Below, in pieces: positions 16,105 to 25,037 of a stretch of DNA of 64,000 bases (within the stretch, counting starts at the first letter, position 1; each line of letters begins with the position of its first letter). A model generated the notes under the pieces. That model was not told where the DNA came from, ran no database searches, and worked only from the letters and a program-made list of their open reading frames with translations. The translations under genes were made by a program, and so were the position numbers. This DNA comes from an uncultured virus (IMG/VR IMGVR_UViG_3300030098_001091) (lineage: Duplodnaviria; Heunggongvirae; Uroviricota; Caudoviricetes), in IMG/VR virus record IMGVR_UViG_3300030098_001091, one strand, 5' to 3'.

Positions 16105-18549
16105 CTATGCAAAGAAGTATTCCGAATTGATAACAGTCTCCAAATCAAAACTACCTTGGGACGGTGGTTCTGGTAAGTTAACTCCGAGATGTCTTCCGAC
16201 ATCATACTTAAACTGCTCAAGACAATTGTACCTATGCATCCTAAGGAACTCTTCTCTTATTAAATCTCTCATAACAGGGACAAAGTTAGGATGACAACCA
16301 TAGGAATCATGTATCATACAGAAGTCTTCGATATCATAACCGATCATGCGGTCGATTGTCAAGAACATATGAGCAGCATCTAAAGAATGAATGTAGTTTG
16401 GTGCGATAGCTTGACGAGCTGACCGAGGATCAGGGTCATCTGTTCGCACAAAGAAATTTAATTCTTTATTATTAAATAATTTTGCTATTGACCTACGAGT
16501 TTGTGTCTTGGTATAATAGTGCATCACCTTGAATCCACTAGGAGTTACCCAAGACAAGTGTTTATTATTACTACTAGCAATATCAGACACTTCCTTTAGC
16601 CAAGCCTTACCACTATTTGAATTAACCAATGTCTGGTCAAGGGCAGCTTTGATTGCACGAGCAAGTTCAACGATAGCACCACCCCTGTTTTCTTTTGGAA
16701 CCCAATCGAGGTGGCCTTCAACTCTGATATACTTCTGAATACCGTAGAATGTAAGACCGTATGCCTCACACATGGTGCTTCTCTTTGTTACGTTACGATG
16801 TATGCCCTCGTTCCAGTGTTCGGAGAACGCCTTTAGCCAAGAGTTTTCATCAGCCTTGAACAAGCAGTAGTCAGTTGTTTTATCAGCAACAAACTGATAT
16901 AGATCTTCTGGTTTATTAGAAGGGGCAACACCAGTTAGGTGTGCAATAGTTTGATCACGCATGATAGCTGACCAGTGTTGGTTACCATTACACTTACCAT
17001 CTAGTTGGACAGGGATATCCGAGCATCCATCTTCTTTCATGACATCAAAGATAGAACTGAGTCGTTGGAATGACTTGTTCTTTTTCTTTGCATCATCAAT
17101 CCATTCTGTATTTTTATAAGGATCTTCTGATATTCTTTTGAGCATGTCCCAGTTGTCATCTACCCACTGGACTCTCTCATCAAACGGCACCTTATCCTGA
17201 TCAAAGAGGTTGGCAAGGTGTACCTTCCTCCAGTACTCACCCTCTTCTGTTAGTCTTCGTCTATTAGCCAAGCGAATAAGACCACGATCAAAATCAGAAG
17301 ACTGGGGAGATAGTAATTCGCAGACGGTGTATCCACGACCACGGAAATCAAGAGTCCACACATGATAAAAGTATTCCCAATCCAGTAAGTCTTCAGCCAG
17401 TCGAATCCGAACGAGCATCCGTCCTCGTTTCTGTTCGTCTTTATACCATTCCCCCCAAGACTCCTCCTTGAGCTGCATCCATTTGGCCTGCTCTTCTTTA
17501 GTCCCATCTATAGGGTAAGGAGCACTGTACATAAACTCCTCGAACGAATAGAAGGGAAGGTTGGCCATGCCTGTGTTGTTTTCGAACAGAGTCTTCATCA
17601 CCTCCAACACCTCAGTGTTGACAGACCATTCGGTTTTCATTACAGCATTAAGGCCACGGAGCACAAGCTCAGAGGGCTCAGAAAATCTCTGTTGTTTCTT
17701 TTCATCACCGAAAAAATTATCTTTGTATCTCTGAACCACCGGCTTGCGTAGGTTGGTATGAATGTAACCACCACTCGCTGCTTCGGTGTGGTCTATAGGC
17801 GGTATGAGCATCGGTCTATAGACTAGCGTAGAGTTTTGAAGTATCTCATGTCTGTTGTGTAGTTCTTTTAATACCTCAGGATGAAACTCTACAAAGGAAT
17901 AGGTTCTATAACTCTTGCGAACCTTAACCTTTTCTTTTCTAATAATAATTATATTAGATGACGCTGCAATCTCCAGCATGTGGTGGCCGAAGCTATGCTT
18001 CTGTCTTGCACTAAGTTTTATATTCTTCTGCATTTTTTTAGCAAAGGCATTACATCTTTTAATAGTCCAGTTCTTAATAAACTTAGATTGTTTCTTCCAA
18101 TCCTGATAGTGATCTTCTTTGGCACGCTGGTATGCAATGATATCACAGGCATCGCTGGCTATTTGTGTTGCTATCTTTTGTGCAAGCGGCGGTGTATGTA
18201 TGTGATCGGAGTACAGGTGACCCCAGAATGAGGGAGTAAACCAGTGGCGAACGACAGCTCGTATCGTAATGTCTGCTAACTTGCGAGCACCTAGCTCAAG
18301 CAAGGGATACAGCCAGTCGGGGGAACGAGATGCGCCCTCACATATGGTATCAATCCATTGTTGGTAACTCTCTTCCAGCTCACGAACAGATGAATCGATA
18401 AGACATTGCTCGGGGACACCCTCATCTGGCGCACGATCATAGTCTGACCAGTAGCGGTGTCTACCATACTCAAGCATGTCTTGCTCATACCGTAGCTGCC
18501 CGTTGTGCCGGGCTAACTGAACGTCTTCAGTTTCTGCATCCCATATCAT
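16105..18549 (-). CDS. T7-type single-subunit DNA-directed RNA polymerase (RNAP-1)
   Basis: PMLIPP, LDFRGRGY, motif A LDGKCNGNQH, DLY, motif B RNVTKRSTMCEAYG, WVTPSGF, APNYIHSLDAAH, motif C IHDSYG. Confidence 0.97.
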   Translation of the reverse strand: MIWDAETEDVQLARHNGQLRYEQDMLEYGRHRYWSDYDRAPDEGVPEQCLIDSSVRELEESYQQWIDTICEGASRSPDWLYPLLELGARKLADITIRAVVRHWFTPSFWGHLYSDHIHTPPLAQKIATQIASDACDIIAYQRAKEDHYQDWKKQSKFIKNWTIKRCNAFAKKMQKNIKLSARQKHSFGHHMLEIAASSNIIIIRKEKVKVRKSYRTYSFVEFHPEVLKELHNRHEILQNSTLVYRPMLIPPIDHTEAASGGYIHTNLRKPVVQRYKDNFFGDEKKQQRFSEPSELVLRGLNAVMKTEWSVNTEVLEVMKTLFENNTGMANLPFYSFEEFMYSAPYPIDGTKEEQAKWMQLKEESWGEWYKDEQKRGRMLVRIRLAEDLLDWEYFYHVWTLDFRGRGYTVCELLSPQSSDFDRGLIRLANRRRLTEEGEYWRKVHLANLFDQDKVPFDERVQWVDDNWDMLKRISEDPYKNTEWIDDAKKKNKSFQRLSSIFDVMKEDGCSDIPVQLDGKCNGNQHWSAIMRDQTIAHLTGVAPSNKPEDLYQFVADKTTDYCLFKADENSWLKAFSEHWNEGIHRNVTKRSTMCEAYGLTFYGIQKYIRVEGHLDWVPKENRGGAIVELARAIKAALDQTLVNSNSGKAWLKEVSDIASSNNKHLSWVTPSGFKVMHYYTKTQTRRSIAKLFNNKELNFFVRTDDPDPRSARQAIAPNYIHSLDAAHMFLTIDRMIGYDIEDFCMIHDSYGCHPNFVPVMRDLIREEFLRMHRYNCLEQFKYDVGRHLGVNLPEPPSQGSFDLETVINSEYFFA

Positions 18550-18803
18550 TCCCCTAGTTCCTCCCGAAGTTTATCGTATTCTTCTTGTGTGATTTTACCA
18601 AAGGCAAGATCATAATTTAAATCATACAACTCTTTCGAAACTATTCTTTCATTACCCTCAGACTCAGTAACAGAAGCGGGTCGGTATACCTCAGGCTTCC
18701 ACTTTTCTTCACCTCGTTTAACACGCTTGTGTTTATCACGCAGCTTTTTCCAGTTCTTGTGCGCATTAAAAGTTCCACCGTGTAGTTGATCAGGTCTTGA
18801 CAT
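18546..18803 (-). CDS. Hypothetical protein
   Basis: AAGGAG SD before ATG 18803 (MSRPDQLHGG...); the longer ORF-track version runs through a terminator. Confidence 0.55.
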   Translation of the reverse strand: MSRPDQLHGGTFNAHKNWKKLRDKHKRVKRGEEKWKPEVYRPASVTESEGNERIVSKELYDLNYDLAFGKITQEEYDKLREELGE

Positions 18804-18818
18804 GTCAGTTCTCCTTAT

Positions 18819-18853
18819 AAAAGAACAAGCCCACTCCCCCGAAGGGGAGGGAC
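18819..18853 (-). terminator. Intrinsic terminator after the early gene block
   Basis: Minus strand CTCCCC-TTCG-GGGGAG hairpin (UUCG tetraloop) followed by TGGGCTTGTTCTTTT. Confidence 0.65.
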
Positions 18854-18864
18854 CGTTCGTTACC

Positions 18865-19833
18865 TCACATAGAGAGGGCGTGTTGCATAACCTTGCGGCT
18901 ATCAACAGAACCCTTACCGTTGAGATTACTGTAAGCTTTGGACGCTACCGTTGCCTGCCTACCCCGAGCAGCTTGCTTGTGCTGGATATGGTTGGTCACG
19001 GCATTGACAGCGAGCCAATAGCTTGCAGGGTTATCAACCGACTCACGCTCAAAGGTGTTGTCCCATGTTCCAATGGTAGCAACAGCCTTTGTGTGTGCCT
19101 TCTCCTCTTCAGGAGTAGTCGGTTGAGTGGGGATTTCACCATTCATATGTTGATACACATCGAAGAAGAATCGACGCAGTGCATCGTGACTGATAGGACA
19201 TTGGGCCAGCGTTGTGACCTGTGATCGGAAGAGGTTACCAGTCTCTCGATACTGAGAGATGATATCCTTTGCCTCTTGCAGCTTAACGTCCATGTCACCG
19301 TGGTGCTTGATCGTCAGCTTGTTCTGAGTGTTCTGAGCCAGTGCCATATCCATGGTGTTCTTACACACAACACGGATAGACGTGGGCTTGACAACGAGGG
19401 AACTCTTACCATCGTGGCCCCAGAACAGAGCCATGTATCGTTCGACAGTATCGTTAGCCGAAGCGTCAAACGAATCCTGATGCAGCAACAGGTAGCATTT
19501 ACGCCCACCTTGGATAGAGCCAGCCGACTCAACCGTAGCCACATCACTGAAGTATTCAGCGAGGCGGAACACTTCTTCATTCTCAACAACTTGATACTGA
19601 GGTGATACAATACCAAGGATTTCTTGAGTATCAGTACGTACTGTGGCACGGTATTCGTCAGTCCAAATACCATGCGTACTAATACCATTAGTTTTCTCAA
19701 CGCCCCAACCCAATCCGGATTCCCGGAGGGCAGAGTTAAGACTTAGTGTGTAGTCTACTACATTGCCTAGCCCATGCCAAGCCTTCTGCTTATAGTAAAC
19801 AGCACTATCGTTTTCCGTCATTTCGTGAGCCAT
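18865..19833 (-). CDS. DUF932 family phage/plasmid protein
   Basis: MAHEM..AWHGLG, LGIVSPQYQVVENEE, ESAGSIQGGRK, GHDG, TSIRVVCKNT, NAVTNHIQH. Confidence 0.85.
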   Translation of the reverse strand: MAHEMTENDSAVYYKQKAWHGLGNVVDYTLSLNSALRESGLGWGVEKTNGISTHGIWTDEYRATVRTDTQEILGIVSPQYQVVENEEVFRLAEYFSDVATVESAGSIQGGRKCYLLLHQDSFDASANDTVERYMALFWGHDGKSSLVVKPTSIRVVCKNTMDMALAQNTQNKLTIKHHGDMDVKLQEAKDIISQYRETGNLFRSQVTTLAQCPISHDALRRFFFDVYQHMNGEIPTQPTTPEEEKAHTKAVATIGTWDNTFERESVDNPASYWLAVNAVTNHIQHKQAARGRQATVASKAYSNLNGKGSVDSRKVMQHALSM

Positions 19834-19989
19834 TTGAATCTCCTATTGAATCGCTCGACAGATTTTCCCAGTCCTCGTCTTCCCAGTCCTTGAGGATTTT
19901 CTTAGCCTTGGACCTTTTGACGTATGACTGTTTCTTTTTGGGAGGCTTCTCCCTTTTTTCTTTACGGTGTGTCCTACCCATTTCATGTA

Positions 19990-20343
19990 TTATTCATAGA
20001 GTTCACGGGCATAATCTTCATCATACCAATCATCTTCTACTTCATCCCAGTTCTCTTCATCAAGTTCATCAGGATAGAATCCAAAGAATTCCAGTAACAG
20101 TTCAGCCTCCTTGCCACACAGATCAACCTCAAGTTCGATCTCACTCATCTCAGTTTCGATAGTAAGAATACCACCAAAACCTAAAGACTTCCAATCAATA
20201 GTGGTGTCACGACTGCCGGGATATTCCCAAGTTCTAGGTTCAACTACAGTAGTACCATCGGCATCCATCTCACCAAAGAGATGCAGCAATAGGTCACCAT
20301 GTTTAACTGTTGATTCAACGTATTGAATTGTTCTCGATTTCAT
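19990..20343 (-). CDS. Acidic hypothetical early protein
   Basis: 117 aa with a very acidic C-terminus; operon packing. Confidence 0.55.
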   Translation of the reverse strand: MKSRTIQYVESTVKHGDLLLHLFGEMDADGTTVVEPRTWEYPGSRDTTIDWKSLGFGGILTIETEMSEIELEVDLCGKEAELLLEFFGFYPDELDEENWDEVEDDWYDEDYARELYE

Positions 20344-20543
20344 TCGTCATCTTCCTCGTACCAGTGTGTTTCTAAACTACCATCATAATCATAGACTCCA
20401 AATTCCTCACAAGCCTTGTAGTAATTATACCTACAGTCTTCTAAAGCCTGTTCGAATTTTTCCATGGCTGCGTCCATATCCTCAGCCTCAATGGTTGCAC
20501 CATAGCAGGTGAAGTCATCAATCATTACTTTGAACTTCGGCAT
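20340..20543 (-). CDS. Small acidic protein ((I/V)EAE..E.A family)
   Basis: MPKFKVMI...IEAEDMDAAME; resembles 20849..21088. Confidence 0.5.
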   Translation of the reverse strand: MPKFKVMIDDFTCYGATIEAEDMDAAMEKFEQALEDCRYNYYKACEEFGVYDYDGSLETHWYEEDDE

Positions 20544-20871
20544 GTTGTTTATCCTCTGATTTAAAACAATAGTCCATTCCTATATCTAGAATGGTTCTGA
20601 ATTGGTGGCCGGATAGCCGTGCGATGTCTTCGATTCTCACAATCTTTTCGTATAGATTACCAAAGAATCCGTGAATAAAGGTTTCAATGGTAGGGTTATT
20701 TGGTGTAGCCCACATAATACCACGACCAAGGAACTCGTCACCCAAGAAACACTTGCAGGTATATAATCCCGGCTTTATTTTAATAGTGTTTTTCATGTTA
20801 ATCGTTGGTGGTTTATGAGGACACGCCAATCCATGTAAAACTTCGCCTTCAAATATTACTTTGTTTGGCAT
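20518..20871 (-). CDS. Riboflavin kinase-like domain protein
   Basis: EGEVLHG...PTIN...PGLY...IETFIHGFFGNLYEKIVRI matches the flavokinase pattern GxVxHG/PTAN/GVY/iExhixdfxgdlYg. Confidence 0.6.
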   Translation of the reverse strand: MPNKVIFEGEVLHGLACPHKPPTINMKNTIKIKPGLYTCKCFLGDEFLGRGIMWATPNNPTIETFIHGFFGNLYEKIVRIEDIARLSGHQFRTILDIGMDYCFKSEDKQHAEVQSND

Positions 20872-21088
20872 TCTCTCGCTCCGTCATCCACTCATCATAT
20901 TCAACGCTATGGATTTCCCAGCCTTGAGTCTCACTGTCGTGAGTTTCCCAATCTTCCCAATCGTAACCACCGGGATCATCCATAAACAACTTATATGCTT
21001 GTTCTTCTGACTCAGCTTCCACATAAGCTACGGCAGTTTCCCAAGTTTGACTTGTTACATCGATAGTAACTTCATATATCTTTTTCAA
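20849..21088 (-). CDS. Small acidic protein ((I/V)EAE..E.A family)
   Basis: KIYEVTI...YVEAESEEQAY; GGAGG SD. Confidence 0.55.
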   Translation of the reverse strand: MKKIYEVTIDVTSQTWETAVAYVEAESEEQAYKLFMDDPGGYDWEDWETHDSETQGWEIHSVEYDEWMTERENAKQSNI

Positions 21089-21336
21089 AACGGTACCTCC
21101 GCACGTTCGTGTGCTTCCATGGCATCAACTAGCCAATCATAAAGTTCTTTATCTTGGACCAATAGAAGTTCTCCATCGAGTCCTTCAAGCCAGATCATTC
21201 TACTATGGAAGTTATCTTCAGCTCTCCATAGTTCTTCAATAATATATTTATCATCCCCAATAACTAAGGATGATCTAGTAGTTCTTGAGATCATACTTGT
21301 TCTAATTGTTGAGGCATCATTCATGATTCTCTCCAT
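21085..21336 (-). CDS. Hypothetical early protein
   Basis: 83-aa ORF, operon packing. Confidence 0.45.
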   Translation of the reverse strand: MERIMNDASTIRTSMISRTTRSSLVIGDDKYIIEELWRAEDNFHSRMIWLEGLDGELLLVQDKELYDWLVDAMEAHERAEVPF

Positions 21337-21342
21337 GATTTT

Positions 21343-21576
21343 CTACGTCCTCTTGGTTTTCTTGCGAGGTCGTGATACTTTGTATTCCTTAGCTTCGTAC
21401 ACCGGCTTGCGTCCACGCCACATCGTGTTGAGTTCCTTTGCTTCTCTCTTGGCTTCAGAAGCTTTAGTCCATAACGCCGGATTAGATTTGTATGAATCGG
21501 TTTTACTGCTGTACGTGTGAGATTCCACAAGCCAGCCAATATCTTCAACCCATACGCCCCATTTCTTGTCTGCCAT
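21343..21576 (-). CDS. Hypothetical early protein
   Basis: 77 aa, GGAG SD. Confidence 0.5.
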   Translation of the reverse strand: MADKKWGVWVEDIGWLVESHTYSSKTDSYKSNPALWTKASEAKREAKELNTMWRGRKPVYEAKEYKVSRPRKKTKRT

Positions 21577-21820
21577 GAACGAGTATCTCCCTTCGATGGA
21601 TCATAACCCGAGGGATCTTAGTTACGTGTCCGCATTCCTTGTCACCTAAGCTATCAGTAATAGCCACATAATCTTCATGATCTACTAAGACAAACCCCAC
21701 GGTTTGCATGATCGGAGGCTCAACCTTAGCAGATTCCATGGCCTCTGTCAAGTCCATCCAGCCAGTATCTCCTAAAGTTTCTGCGTCTACCCACCAGATG
21801 TGGTGAATCTCAGGTGTCAT
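21545..21820 (-). CDS. Conserved hypothetical phage protein
   Basis: WVDA...GW...TVGFV...IP pattern common in small phage proteins. Confidence 0.55.
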   Translation of the reverse strand: MTPEIHHIWWVDAETLGDTGWMDLTEAMESAKVEPPIMQTVGFVLVDHEDYVAITDSLGDKECGHVTKIPRVMIHRREILVHGRQEMGRMG

Positions 21821-22053
21821 TCCATGCCTTTCATAAAGTTATTGATAGATGTCTCCGGTGTCTCATCGTACCGGGTGCAGTATAAATCCATGTAGTCCTC
21901 GACATTACCCTCAGCATCAGCCCTGAAGATCATCGTCTCATAGCCCGAGTCAGCCTGAGGCCACTCGATTTTAGAGACGAGGTAATAATCAGAGTCGATA
22001 GACCAGAGTGTCTTGTCATTCGCTACTTGTTTAATGTACTTCGGTGTCTTCAT
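21817..22053 (-). CDS. Hypothetical early protein
   Basis: 78 aa with YETMIF; ATGA overlap with the downstream gene. Confidence 0.5.
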   Translation of the reverse strand: MKTPKYIKQVANDKTLWSIDSDYYLVSKIEWPQADSGYETMIFRADAEGNVEDYMDLYCTRYDETPETSINNFMKGME

Positions 22054-22314
22054 TTTCTTTTAAGAACCAGACGGTGTTACTACATACGATACGGTACATG
22101 TGCTCGTTGCCATCCCCAATTCTATATGTGATCCACTCTGGTTCCTCTCCATAATAATCTTCACATTGGATATCATCAAAATCGTCTGTCATTTTTAATC
22201 CTATTAAGTGCTTTTTCAAGCTTCGCAGTTCCACGGTTTTTAGTAATAAAACTAGCGAGTTCTTCAGTAGACCATTTGAGTTTCACAGCTACACGAAATA
22301 CTTCAGCGTGCACA

Positions 22315-22677
22315 TCATCCGTGTGCTGTCTTCTTAACATTCAACCGCCGCTTCCAATCATCCTTCCATTGGATATAAAGCGGGGGCAAATCAGATCGAC
22401 GGCGGGTTCCCGGAATGGGAGTACCCTGCCCTGTCTTCTCGTTATGATCCCAGTCTTCTTCATAAGCTTCAATAGGTTCATATACATTACATGATTCTTG
22501 AAGCTCTGTCAAGGGGTAATCCATCTTTTCTGGATTAATTTTCGTACCATGGTTACGCTGAGGTACCCATGCTTTCTTCTTCTTGTCCCATCGTTGGTCT
22601 ACGATGGTAGAAGCACGGTGGTCACGCCAGTTGGTGTACCACTTGCCCGGTTTATTCTTTGCACCTAGTCCTAACAT
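22315..22677 (-). CDS. Hypothetical early protein
   Basis: 120 aa, AGGAG SD. Confidence 0.55.
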   Translation of the reverse strand: MLGLGAKNKPGKWYTNWRDHRASTIVDQRWDKKKKAWVPQRNHGTKINPEKMDYPLTELQESCNVYEPIEAYEEDWDHNEKTGQGTPIPGTRRRSDLPPLYIQWKDDWKRRLNVKKTAHG

Positions 22678-22960
22678 TATATACTCCTAATAAGTGAAGG
22701 AACTTATGACTCTTGGTGTTCCTGTTGACCTCACCTAGCCTCCATCGCCATGCTCTGCCGTCTAGGGTGGCCTGAAGATCATTAAGTGTCTATGCTTGGA
22801 TCTTCAGTTACATTAACATCAGACACTGAAGGCTTAAGGGTACCTAAGTACTCCTTGAAAGCCTTGTCTTTGTCGACTAGGTAGTCCCAACCGAAGTTGT
22901 CTACCCATTCGACATAACCCTTCTCTTCTAGCCAGAGAAGATAGCTTTTCATAGACCCCA

Positions 22961-23422
22961 TCAGCAGACACTGAAGCCGCCGCATTCGCGGAGGAATCCA
23001 ACGAAGTCTTGGACGTGGGATTTGCCTACACGATAGGCATCCTTGAAGTCAGGATCTCCACAGTCCCATGTGATGACATCGCCTTCCTCTTTGAGTAGGT
23101 CTTCCATGGCATCAGCCAAGGCATCACAGTCAGCTTGGTTGTCGAGGCCAGCTCCGTCGTTGAGGCCCATGTGGGCTAAGGTGTCCTCTGGTATGCCAAG
23201 TTCATGACGTTCATTGGCATAATAAATCATGTCAAGAATGGGTCGCCAAGCCCATACGTTAGCCCGGAAGTAAACACCGGGGTTCTCATCGGAGTACTGT
23301 CGATCAGCCTCAAAGAAAGCATCTCGCTCTTCTGTAGTGCAAGTGCTCCACTCAGGTTCAGTAGGCTTTACGCTGTACTCTTTGATCTTCGGGTTGATCC
23401 CGAACACATCCATACCCATCAT
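22961..23422 (-). CDS. Conserved hypothetical phage protein
   Basis: MGMDVFG...GVYFRANVWAWRPI...FLRECGGFSVC; AGGAG SD. Confidence 0.65.
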   Translation of the reverse strand: MMGMDVFGINPKIKEYSVKPTEPEWSTCTTEERDAFFEADRQYSDENPGVYFRANVWAWRPILDMIYYANERHELGIPEDTLAHMGLNDGAGLDNQADCDALADAMEDLLKEEGDVITWDCGDPDFKDAYRVGKSHVQDFVGFLRECGGFSVC

Positions 23423-23754
23423 GATTCTCCTTTGTTGATGAGTTCTTCAAGCTGTTCGATGCGTATCATAGCATCATTCAGCGTTTCAAACAAGAGTTCA
23501 ATGTCAGTTTTAGGTTTTCCTACGACTTTATTGATGAAACTATCATCAGTCTCATGCCAATGAGCATGATAATCGTAAGGAATTGTAGGCTCCGAGGGCA
23601 GTAGCGTAAGCTTGCCCGGAAGCACAGATACCTCGTCCAAACATGTGGTAGGTTTGTGTGCTTCAAAGATATCGATGAGCTCTTGGTCGTTGGCTACATC
23701 AATGTCCCAGAAGTACAGCTCCCTACCGTACTCAACGTCAATCAGTACACGCAT
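23419..23754 (-). CDS. Hypothetical early protein
   Basis: 111 aa, GAGGAG SD; first gene after the structured non-coding block. Confidence 0.55.
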   Translation of the reverse strand: MRVLIDVEYGRELYFWDIDVANDQELIDIFEAHKPTTCLDEVSVLPGKLTLLPSEPTIPYDYHAHWHETDDSFINKVVGKPKTDIELLFETLNDAMIRIEQLEELINKGES

Positions 23755-23765
23755 GGTGTATCTCC

Positions 23766-24400
23766 TCTGTATCTAAGGGATACCAGAGTCAAGGTCGATG
23801 GGTAAACTATTCCCATAAGCCATAACGACAAGCCATGCTTGCTGGTAAGTTGGTATTCAACTTGCCGTCTGACTGCTGCTCCGCATTGATCCGCCCTAGC
23901 TGGGTGCTCACGTTGCTTTGCAACACCTTTACCTCCTAGCAATCCAAGGTATATTCAGTCACAACTACTGCATAACGTTTGCTCTCTACGTTACACAGTA
24001 TCTCTGATATCCCTTAGGTACAGAAAAGGGGTGGGGTTTTGATATAGCAGACCCCATACTGCCGATAGAGTTTCTGGTTTCATTCGCCCAGTCGGACCAT
24101 AAACCAGACGGTCATCAACCGAAAGGTCCAGTCGGGAGTAGCAGTTTAAATCGTCATTAAGAAGATCAACATTTACATCTTCTGCTCAGGACAGAGGTCG
24201 GCAATTCGTCTCCTATTAACCTTACGACCACCTCCAGCAGCCGGATCCTCCTATTCACCTTCGCTGGTAAGGGAGGTCATCATCACACTCCAGCGGGGTA
24301 TACGGGCTTACGCCCCTAGGGTACACCCACCTTGGCGGATGTACCCTAGGGACGGGCGTGTGTCCTTCTGTAGTGGACCACACGCCACGTCTCCGTGGGT
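23766..24400 (-). ncRNA. Candidate large structured non-coding RNA(s)
   Basis: 22-bp inverted repeat (23767-23788 / 24002-24023) enclosing several hairpins, plus further stems up to about 24390, including a 20-bp hairpin at about 24309-24354. G-U pairs in the internal hairpins favour the minus strand. No convincing long ORF. Confidence 0.5.
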
Positions 24401-24409
24401 TGGGTTGGG

Positions 24410-24592
24410 TCAGGCTTTGGCGGCCCGACGTTCGAGCTCAGCAAGAGCCAGCTCACGCTTCTCGTCGCTGGTGTTGTCCATCGTGGCGATGTTCACCAAC
24501 TGGTGCGTGTCGGTCTTGCTGTAGTCAACGACCTTGGTCTTGATGCCGAGGCTCTTGCTGACTGCTGCGATACGCTTGTCGAGATCCTTCAT
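24410..24592 (-). CDS. Small hypothetical protein (60 aa)
   Basis: MKDLDKRIAAVSKSLGIK...ELERRAAKA; AAGGA precedes ATG 24592. Confidence 0.5.
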   Translation of the reverse strand: MKDLDKRIAAVSKSLGIKTKVVDYSKTDTHQLVNIATMDNTSDEKRELALAELERRAAKA

Positions 24593-24728
24593 AGTGAGGA
24601 GTCCTTCCCGGTTTGGGGAAAAGAGCAGGGGGTATCCACGGAAACCCACGATAGGCTCCGCTACGGTTACCCACAGCACGGTATAGACTGTCCGGTCAGT
24701 CATATAACGAAGGGGAGCTTTGCTCCCA

Positions 24729-24925
24729 TAGACCAAAGTGTACCTAGGGTATACCTAGGGTAAACCTTTATTATTATTATACTATCATATACCTCTAGTC
24801 TACCTAGGGTATACTATATACTCCACCTATACCGCCCTACTATATATGGTATACCTGTAGACCCGTGGTATACTACATATGGTAGACCCCCATAGACCGT
24901 ATACTATACCTTATACCTCTATACT
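24729..24925. repeat. Array of short TATAC/TAGAC/CCTAGG repeats
   Basis: About 12 TATAC, about 5 TAGAC/GTCTA and 3 CCTAGG copies at roughly 10-20 nt spacing in a non-coding stretch. Confidence 0.7.
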
Positions 24926-25037
24926 CCACTCTTCCGTGGTGTTCGTTAAGATAGATAATATAATATATCTATCAATATGTGGGACTGGAGACCATCACCT
25001 TTCGATGACAGCCTCCCAAGGGGTTAAAGGTTAGAAG

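Noticed and set aside
23742..23942. 66-aa minus-strand ORF from the track
   Set aside because: TTG start without an SD, runs through the long RNA stem and overlaps the next gene's SD; more likely non-coding.
23766..24024. Retron msr/msd, suggested by a1/a2-like inverted repeats
   Set aside because: No reverse transcriptase (YxDD with retron motifs) is recognisable in the window.
24040..24125. Hammerhead ribozyme (TTGATGA...GAAAC...GTC on the minus strand)
   Set aside because: The core starts with U rather than C, there are extra nucleotides before stem II, and stem I cannot form.
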